A stretch of DNA of 64,000 bases. It comes from Octopus vulgaris (lineage: Eukaryota). The stretch is from the NCBI GenBank assembly GCA_951406725.2, contig OX597825.1, positions 16,244,001 through 16,308,000 on the forward strand, read 5' to 3'. Both the position numbers and the translations under genes were made by a program. Below the pieces are notes generated by a model that searched no databases, was not told where the DNA came from, and saw only the letters and a list, made by a program, of their open reading frames with translations. This document shows, one piece after another, positions 53,800-64,000 of this stretch; within the stretch, counting starts at the first letter, position 1; the number at the start of each line of letters is the position of its first letter.

Positions 53800-53880
53800 C
53801 ACCATCATCATCACCGTCATAATCGCCATCATCATCGCCATCGTCATCATCACCATCATCATCATCACCATCATCATCAC

Positions 53881-53932
<52 letters not shown>

Positions 53933-53933
53933 G

Positions 53934-53989
<56 letters not shown>

Positions 53990-53990
53990 G

Positions 53991-54032
<42 letters not shown>

Positions 54033-54536
54033 CCATCACCATCACCATCACCATCATCATCATCATCACCACTACTATCATGATCATCGTGACCATGACC
54101 ACAACCACCACCACCACCATCATCACCATCACCATAACCATCATCATCACCACCACCACTATCATCCTGATCATCGTGACCATGATCACCACCACCACCA
54201 CCACCACCACCACGATGATGATGATGAGGATGATGATGATGATGATGTTCAAGATCACGATCGTCGCCGTCGTCATCTCATTTGCTGCTGCACATCTCTT
54301 ACAGTATGGCATCTTATTTAAGCGATACAGTTGACTGAGTAGAAGACCAAAACCAATTCTAAGCATCATCATTATATCGACTGACTGAAAAAAATCCAGA
54401 CGTCGAAAGAAGACATATTAAAACGGAGAGTATTATTATTATTATTATTAGTTGTTGTTGTTGTTATTGTTGGATATATAGGTACATAAATCTATAATCA
54501 TCGACTTGATTATTATTGTTGTTGCTATTGTTATCG

Positions 54537-54604
<68 letters not shown>

Positions 54605-54827
54605 ATTATCATTATTATTGTTATTATTATTATTATTATTATTGTTATTTTTATTGTTGTTGTTGTTATTATTATTATTATTATTATTGTTATTATTATT
54701 ATTATTATTATTGTTATTATTATTATTGTTGTTGTTACCATTATTATTATTGTTATTATTATTATTATTACTATTATAGTTGTTATTATTATTGTTATTA
54801 TTATTATTTTTATTATTATTATTATCA

Positions 54828-54858
<31 letters not shown>

Positions 54859-55046
54859 TATTGTTGTTGTTGTTGTTATTATTATTATTATCATTATTAT
54901 TGTTATTATTATAATTATTGTTATTATTATTATTATTATTATTATTGTAGTTGTTGTTGTTGTTATTATTATTATCATTATTATTGTTATTATTATTGTT
55001 GTTGTTATTATTATTATTGTTGTTGCTATTAATATTAAAATTATTA

Positions 55047-55086
<40 letters not shown>

Positions 55087-55197
55087 TATTATTATTATTA
55101 TTGCTATTGTTGTTGTTCCTATTGTTTTGTTTACTGTCGACGTTGCTGTTATTGTTTACTACAATCATATTTATCATTCACTCTGTATTCATATATT

Positions 55198-55263
<66 letters not shown>
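53800..55263. repeat. (CAT)n/(CAC)n array (53800-54275) and (ATT/GTT)n plus (TAC)n array (54431-55263) around a unique island of about 150 bp
   Basis: Direct reading. Confidence 0.95.
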
Positions 55264-55265
<2 letters not shown>

Positions 55266-56433
55266 GAATTTAAAAAAAGATACAAAGGAGAGCACAAGCA
55301 AAACAAACAACGAATGAAAAATGAGAAAGCAACCAATCTGTTTCAATGTTTAGTTAATATTCTAATCTTGTTTATTAATTAATAATTTAGTCATTTTTAA
55401 AAATACAATAGTTTGATGTTGCTTGTGTGTTTGGCTGGGAGCTTGGTTAGTAGACTTATTACTAGAGTTGAAAGAAAGTGCAGATAGGTAGTACTCGACT
55501 GCTATTTATTTTATCGACCTTGGAAGGATAAAAAGCAAAGTTGATCTCGGTGGAATTTGAACTCAAATGGTAAAGACTGGCGTGCTAACGAATCGTCAGC
55601 TCGCCACCTTATGTGAAAGAATGACAGTGGTTTCAACACCTATTTCTTTACTACCCACAAGGGGCTAAACACAGAGAGGACAAACAAGGACAGACAAACG
55701 GATTAAGTCGATTATATCGACTCCAGTGGGTAACTGGTACTTAATTTATCGACCCCGAAAGGATGAAAGGCAAAGTCGACATCGGCGAAATTTGAACTCA
55801 GAACGAAGCGGCAGACGAAGCACCTATTTATATTTCTTTACTACCCACAAGGGGTTAAACACAGAGGGGACAAACAAGGACAGACAAACGGATTAAGTCG
55901 ATTATATCGACTCCAGTGCGTAACTGGTACTTAATTTATCGACCCCGAAACGATGAAAGGCAAAGTTGACAATATAGAAAGCAAAGTCGATCTTGGCGGA
56001 ATTTGAACTCAGATCGTAAAGACGTGTAAAATGCGGCCAAGCATTTTGCTTGGCGTGCTAACGATTCTGCCAGCTCGCTGCATCATACGGAAGAATAATA
56101 ACGGTTTCAAATTTTGGCACAAGGCCAGCAATTTCGACCTTAGATGTCGACTGGTATTTATTTTATCTATTCCGAAAGGATGAAATGTAAAGCTTACCAC
56201 GACGCCATTTGAACTCAGAACCTTAAGTCGGAAGAAATGCCACTATATATTTTGCCCGGGGCGGTATCGATTCTACCAACAGACCGCCTTTATACGGAGG
56301 AATGACAACGAAAAAGGAAAATGCATTATTAATTGCAATCTGAAAAGAAAAGCGCATATTTTTCTTATTTTTCCATATCTTTCGACTTGTGTTGGATATT
56401 TTAAACATTTAATACATATAGATACATACATAC

Positions 56434-56467
<34 letters not shown>

Positions 56468-56472
<5 letters not shown>

Positions 56473-56533
56473 GGTGCCCCAGCATGGCCACAGCTCATTA
56501 GCTGAAACTGGAAAAATCATCAAAATCAAAATC
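56468..56533 (+). mobile_element. Extremely truncated 3' tail of the same CR1-like LINE, also within (TA)n
   Basis: atggcggtgccccagcatggccacagctcattagctgaaactggaaaa is nearly identical to 49021-49068. Confidence 0.7.
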
Positions 56534-56565
<32 letters not shown>

Positions 56566-56582
56566 GTATATACATATGTATG

Positions 56583-56614
<32 letters not shown>

Positions 56615-56669
56615 CACACACATACACACACATATATGTATATATATACATACACACACACACACACAC

Positions 56670-56700
<31 letters not shown>

Positions 56701-57866
56701 GTATACACCTACATGCATAGATACATACATGCATCGAATAGGTTATATGTATGTATCTATGTATCTATCTATAACTATTTAGCCATCTATCTACATACAT
56801 TCATACATACATACGTACATACATACGTACATACATACATATATATGTATGTATGTATGTATATATACACACATCCACACACATATATGTATATATATAC
56901 ATACATATAATGTATACACATACATGCATAGATACATACATGCATCGAATAGGTTATATCTATCTATCTATCTATCTATATATATCTTGCTATCTATCTA
57001 CATAAAAACACACATTCATACATACACATATGTGTTGCTACTTATGAAGGTGTGGGCAAGCCTCATTCTTATTGTTCTTCATGTTTGCTCAAATATAATT
57101 TTCATAAATTGATACAATATTACAATATCTCATTAGTATACAGCTAATTCTATTTTCAATATTTCATATTATTACTTACAACTTAAGCACGAACATTTTA
57201 TTCACATTCAGTTTTTTTTTTCATATATCATCTGTCTGTCTGCATTACTATACCGCCTTATTAAAGACTTCATTTGATTTGATACGCTAATTCTGATCTA
57301 TAAAACATCTGCTGCTCTTGAGACGTTGTAAGTAATCGTGGAAGCACGTTTGTATCGTCTGTTAAATAATTCTGTATCGTCTGCAAATACTTTTATATCG
57401 TCTGCTATCACTTGAAGTTAATTGTAACATATTTTAAACACGAATTTAACTGATATAGCTAAATGTGTTTGTCTTGTTTAATTATGAACATATTTTGTTA
57501 AATAAAATTTAGCAATGATAGTAATTGGTTAATTTTTAAACTAAGGAGGCGTGGGTTGATCAAATCGACTCAAGGTGGGATGTGAACTCAGACGTAAAAA
57601 GCAAGTCATTTTGATTGACGCTCTAACGATTTATCTTTTGCTCGTTTCAGTCAGTAGACTGTGGCCATGCTGGGGCATTGTCTTCAGTGGTTTTACCGAA
57701 TACTTATTTTTTAAAAGTCAAGTACTTGTTCTATCGATCTCTTTTACCCACCCACAATCTTACGAGGAGGTAAACTTACTAATACCGGTTGTCAAGCGGT
57801 GGTGGTGACAAATACAAACAGAAAAGCACACACATCCATGTATCTATCTATCTATCTATCTATCTA

Positions 57867-57916
<50 letters not shown>

Positions 57917-57953
57917 CGTCCGTCCGTCTGTCTATCTATCTGTCTGTCTGTCT

Positions 57954-58026
<73 letters not shown>

Positions 58027-58840
58027 TCTATCTACGACGAGCTTCCATCCAGTTTCTCTCTATCAAATTCATTCATAAAACATTGGTCGGCCCGGGACTA
58101 TAATAGAAGACACTTGTCCCAGGTGCTGCGCAGTGGGACTGAACCAAAACGACATGGTTGCCAAGCGAGTTCCTTAACCACACGGCCATGCCTGCGTTTA
58201 TATTCTGTTTCTAACATCTTGCGATAAAATTTCTTTTCTAACAAAACCAAAACTCCAGAAATTTGGGAGTGAGACCAGTCGATTAACTAACTTTTCTAAC
58301 GAATCTGGATAGTTAAAATCTAAATTATCCAACCCCGGAAGGAACTGAACTCAAATGAGATGAACTTGAAGAAATATTGTTTGCCATGTTAACCATTCAT
58401 GTCTTTGCTGATCAGAGTTCCACAAACTCTCTCATGTACACGAAGTGTTTGCATGCGATCAATCATGCAATATTGTGAATGATGCTAATAAGCTTTTATT
58501 GTTCTCTTCCTTCTGCCCCAGGACTCAGAAGTCTGGTTATTCGGTTTCCATCGCGTGTAAATGATCAAGATGACAAAATCTCCTACCCCTGAACAGGCGC
58601 TGATTCGTTGCAGGATTCAAGACCAGAAATTTTGAGGGTAGCGGACAAATCGATTACACTGAACCCAGTACTAGACTTGTACTTTATTTTATCCACCCCG
58701 AAGGGATCAAAGGCATAGTTGATCTCGTTGAGACTTGAACTCATAACATAAAGATCCGGAACAACTGTCATTTAGCATTTTATTCGAGGTATCAAAGAAT
58801 CTATCAGCTCACTCAGGACACAGTAAATCATGACTGCAGG

Positions 58841-59573
58841 ACAGGGTTCTCAACCATTTATCATCTATGAGCCCCTTCGATAACTATTTTATCCTGGTGG
58901 GGCTACCATAGGCATTCGATGTTAAAAATATAGTTTTATAGAAACTTCTTTTAAGAATCCCGATTTTGTTTTTCACACATTAACTCGTGTAGGTTGACTT
59001 ACTCATTTACTTGTTTCAGTCATTTGACTGCGACCATGCTGGAGCACCGTCTTTTAGTCGAGCAAATCGACCCCAGGACTTATTTTTTGTAAGCCTATCG
59101 GTCTCTTATGCCGAACCGCTAAGTTACGGGGGACGTAAACACACCAGCATCGGTTATCAAGCGATGCTGGGGGGACAAGCACAGACACACAAACATATAC
59201 ACACACATACATATATATACATACATACGACGGGCTTCTTTCAGTTTCCGTCTACCAAATCCACTCACAAGGCTTTGGTCGGGCCGAGGCTTTGGTAGAA
59301 GACACTTGCCCAAATGCCATGCAGTGGGACTGAACCTGAAATCATGTGGCTGGTAAGCAAGCTACTTACCACAGAGCCACTCCATGTAAAATGCTGCAGA
59401 AAAAGCGTTGTTTCTTGGAAAACATACCAATACACACACCTAAAGCAAAATCTTTTCAGGGGTCCTTAAAATATTACTGTGGATCCCCAATTTAATATTT
59501 TTCTACATGGATCCCACCAAAATATAATAAGGGCTCTCAGTGGTCATATGGACCCTGGTCAAAAACCACTTCT
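58841..59573. mobile_element. hAT-like MITE interrupted by a SINE A copy (59005-59383)
   Basis: Ends cagggttctcaacc ... ggtcaaaaaccact with ggaccc-type subterminal motifs; the SINE is nested inside. Confidence 0.55.
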
Positions 59574-59691
59574 GCAAGAGAAGCTTATTCTTATATAAAA
59601 CCCTTGGGCTGGAAATGAACTCAACCAATTCGGAGAATCCCGTGTGGATCGCAAATCATGATTTTCCAGCATTCCCATGTCTGCATACTTA

Positions 59692-59926
59692 CCTATTTCT
59701 TTACTACTCACAAGAGGCTAAACACAGAGGGGACAAACAAGGACAGACAAACAGATTAAGTCAATTATATTGACCCCAGTGTTTCACTGGTACTTAATTT
59801 ATCGACCCCGAAACGATGAAAGGCAAAGTCGACCTCGGCGGAATTTGAACTTAGAACGTAGCGGCAGACGAAATACTGCTAAGCATTTTGCCCGGCGTGC
59901 TAACGATTCTGCCAGCTCGCCGCCTT
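59692..59926 (-). mobile_element. SINE B with TSD
   Basis: tgtctgc(a/g)tacttacc duplicated on both sides. Confidence 0.85.
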
Positions 59927-60259
59927 ACTGTCTGCGTACTTACCGACATCAAGGATCTTCCTTTGGCTTGTTTCTCGATCTTGCCAAATAAGGTAGGAAG
60001 GTTGTACGAGGTATGGTGCAAGCCATATTGGACCGTCCATTCTGAATAGACATTGCTAACTTCTCTTTTAATTGCTTTAGCTTTTTAGTTTTGTAACGAT
60101 GGGAAACTAAAGACTCGACGCAAGCGCAACCTGTGCATAACATACACACACACATAACACATACACACACACGCATACACACACACATACATATATGCTC
60201 ACACACACATATACATACATACATGCACATACGCACACATGCATATGGATGTGTATATA

Positions 60260-60352
60260 TACAGGGTGTCCAGAAAGTCTGGGTACGTGGAGTAAATAAA
60301 ATCATAACATAAACAATTAAATATAAGAAATAATTTCTTAAAGTATGTGTTA
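60260..60352 (+). mobile_element. Single Tc1/mariner terminal fragment
   Basis: TA-CAGGGTGTCCAGAAAGTC terminus; no partner TIR seen. Confidence 0.45.
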
Positions 60353-60820
60353 ATCCCACATATACACACATACACGCATATACGCACACATATGCATATG
60401 GATGTGTATATATACATTCGTACATACATGTATATGCATGTGTGTATATGTGTTTGTTTGTTTGTGAGTGTGTGTGTGTGTGTGAAGGCGCGTGGCGTAG
60501 TGACAAAGACTCATGGTCGTAAGGTCCTGAGTTTGATACTTCTATTTGGCGCGTGCGGCTTTGAATAAGACACTTTATTTCACGTTGCACCTCTCAACTC
60601 ATCTGGCAAAAATGTGCTGCACTGTAATACATAGGGGCCGGGCTCGTCACATTTCGTGTTAAGCTTAATCCAACTGATAGCTACGTTAAGGGCACGCGTG
60701 TCTGCGGAATGCTCAGCCACATGCACGTTAAATTCACGACGAGCACTTTGTGCCCGTTGATCGTATCAACTGAAATACCCGTCGTCGTAACCGACGCAGT
60801 GCCAGTTCTCTCTCTGTGTT

Positions 60821-60917
<97 letters not shown>

Positions 60918-60947
60918 GCATATATGTATATATACATATATATATAC

Positions 60948-61046
<99 letters not shown>

Positions 61047-61125
61047 TACATACATACATATATACATACATATATATATATATATATATGCATTACCTCT
61101 GGATATCCTGTTGCTTATTTTGATC

Positions 61126-61158
<33 letters not shown>

Positions 61159-61160
61159 TG

Positions 61161-61214
<54 letters not shown>

Positions 61215-61218
61215 TAGA

Positions 61219-61249
<31 letters not shown>

Positions 61250-61807
61250 GTATACACCCATACTCATATATATATGCATACACCCACGTATGTGTGCGCG
61301 CAGGTGTGTCTCTGTTGTGTGTGTTTTATAATCTCCATCCTTATTATTTATTATCATGTCTACTCAAATATAATTTTTCATAAAAGCGATAGTCGTATAT
61401 CTCGTCAACGTATAACTAATTCTATTTAGAAACATCTCATATTATTAACTTCAACTTGAGCGCAAATATTTAATTCAATTTTTTTTTCTCTTCCTCGTTG
61501 TTTTTATTATAGTTGTCTGTCTATTTTACTTAAACCATCTCCTTAATGATTTTATTCAATTCGATACCGTTTGATTGTGATCAATACGCCAGCTGCAACG
61601 TTTTGAAGCATATTTTGCGTCGTCACATGATAACAACACTCGATGTTAATCGGAACACGGTTCTTAGATGCATAAATTTATCGCGGTTCTAATCTAAGGA
61701 GTTAATATTTATAATCTAAATATTAAATATGTTTATCCAACTTTTTCGTTAAATTAAACTTATCTCTTTAATGAACAACCACGTCAACAAAACCAACAAC
61801 AACAACG

Positions 61808-61846
<39 letters not shown>

Positions 61847-62105
61847 GCTACAACACACACACAAAGTCACACATAAACTTAGATAATCATATATACATAC
61901 ATGCATAAATGAGTGCATATATATGTCTGTCTGTCTGTCTGTCTATCTTTCTATGTATGTATGTAGGTATGTATGTATGTATGTATGTATGTAGGTATGT
62001 ATCTATCTGTCTGTCTGTCTATCTACGCTCATACTTACAGACACGTATTTATACACACACACACACACACACACACAGAGACACAGACACACACACAGAG
62101 ACACA

Positions 62106-62170
<65 letters not shown>

Positions 62171-63293
62171 TTATATTAATTAGAAAATAATGATGGACTT
62201 TTGTGTTGCTATTAGATTCACACAAAAACATACACGGCAGATAGGTGTGATGAGACACTAATATTTGTATTAGGTTGGTTCAGGGTGATTGAAGCTGGTC
62301 ATGCGATCGGATATGCTGTAGATTTAGAGATATTCGGAGAAATGTGCTGTAAAGCGCAATTACTTCACAAAAACAGTTGAAACTTACTAAAATCATCTTT
62401 TATAGATTAACCCAGGGCGGCTGAAGCCTTTTCAGGTCGAACATCATTCAGTTAGGGCAATTAGAGACTATCTCTGAACTTCAGTTAAGTGTTATCGTAA
62501 AATGCTTCAGGGTCTGATTTTTTTCAGTTAGACACAGACAACAGTCCTTGGTTGCCGAATTTCCCTTCTGATCAGATGACCAGTTTTCCTGTATGAGATA
62601 TAACCTTACAAATGCCGTACAGGAATAAAACCTCTGGCATTATTCTTACTATAGATTGGTTTATTACATGCATATAGTTGTTTTTATATGGTGTGTGTGT
62701 GTATGCGATACTCGGAGTATTAATGCAATGTAGACGTGTGTGTATTTGTAATCTTCATTTATGTTATTTATCATGTTTACTGAAATATAATTGTTGATAA
62801 AATGATATATTAATACGATATCTGGTCAGTATACAGCTAATTCTATTTGGAATATTTCATATTTCTTGCCACCTATGCACAAAATTATATTCACACTTTT
62901 TATATCTCCACCTATATTAAACTATCTCCCCACTGATTTCATTTGATTCAGTACGTTGATTTTGATCTATAAACCAGTTGCAGCACTTCAGATATTTATG
63001 TAGCAGTAGAAGCATATTTATATTACATATTTGTATCACATATTCTTAAATGCATCAATTTATCATAGTTATATCTAAATACATCTGTCTTATTAATTTA
63101 TATCATATCACTTTGTTAATTAAATCCTTCTCTTTAATATACATAGATTAAATATTACATAAAATTAAATTAAAAATGATACGTTACAGATGGCCATATA
63201 TTTAGCTTTGCATAAGCTTGTATGTATATATATGTACATATATGTATACATAGGCAAATATATAACTATATATATAGATATAGATATAGATAC

Positions 63294-63397
<104 letters not shown>

Positions 63398-64000
63398 TAT
63401 ATATAAATATTGATATAAGCATACACACATATATGTATGTATATATATACATATATACATATATACATATATATATCTGTATCTATATCTATATCTATAT
63501 ATATAGTTATATATTTGGCTATGTATACATATATGTACATATATACATATATACATATACAAGATATAAGTATATGTATACATAAATGCATGTATATGCT
63601 ATATAAAATACATACGTCAAAATCGCACAACTGTTTATCTGCAGGTTACCACTGATTTCATATAGGAAACAGATCCTGTTTAGGACGCGTGGTGATCTTA
63701 CATTCATTAGATCCGGTTGAATAACAAAAGAAAAATTTGTTGTTCTGACAGATCTGATGAATGTAAGAAAACCACACTACTCTGATCGGGGCCCGTTGCT
63801 TACATGAGACTAACGGTAGCGTGCATACGAATAACTGATTATACTCATCTTATATGGGAAAAACAAAATCACTCTTCATGAAGACGGAGGTCTTTCAATA
63901 TTTGTGAACTTACGCAGTGCCTTGACAACACATAATAACACTTTTACTTGTTTCAGTCATTTGACTGCGGCCATGCTGGAGCACCACCTTTTAGTCGAGC

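Larger units (their letters stand above)
57070..63145. repeat. Three diverged, same-orientation copies of an AT-rich element of about 400-450 bp (57070-57510, 61345-61775, 62765-63145)
   Basis: Shared collinear blocks catgt..actcaaatataatt, ctaattctattt, tcatatt, tgatc, gttaa.taaa. Confidence 0.7.

Noticed and set aside
54305-54338. Possible terminal exon after cttacAG (YGILFKRYS* or MASYLSDTVD*)
   Set aside because: Too short to identify and no upstream exons could be linked.
53674-54372. Poly-His / poly-Met / poly-Ile ORFs
   Set aside because: All arise from one (CAT)n microsatellite; no splice or codon evidence.
54448-55382. Poly-Asn/Ile/Leu ORFs (also 7241-7892)
   Set aside because: (ATT)n microsatellite translation.

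Overview
AT-rich, microsatellite- and SINE-dense animal genomic DNA. The repeat families look like a coleoid cephalopod, probably Octopus; this is inferred from repeat style, not from a search. Nearly all ORFs in the supplied track are microsatellite or SINE artefacts. The one convincing host gene is the 3' end of a + strand VAMP4-like R-SNARE. Its three small exons (9735-9814, 16691-16742, 19965-19990) splice in phase to ...DLVTNSDLFRSRAVNLRQRMWWQNCW-TKIIIGMVILIVLAVII-IPIIIQNS*; the upstream exons were not found in the window. The rest holds several tRNA-derived SINE families (one forming TSD-flanked multimers), decayed CR1-like, L1/Tx1, Penelope and mariner fragments, and MITEs. The most notable signals are a near-intact, long-stemmed type I hammerhead ribozyme at 35760-35855, several minimal hammerhead-like motifs with a recurring non-canonical core, a MITE carrying (TTAGGG)n, long fold-back hairpins, and an apparent CpG-decay boundary near 24.8 kb just past VAMP4. 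TE coordinates are approximate (read by eye).
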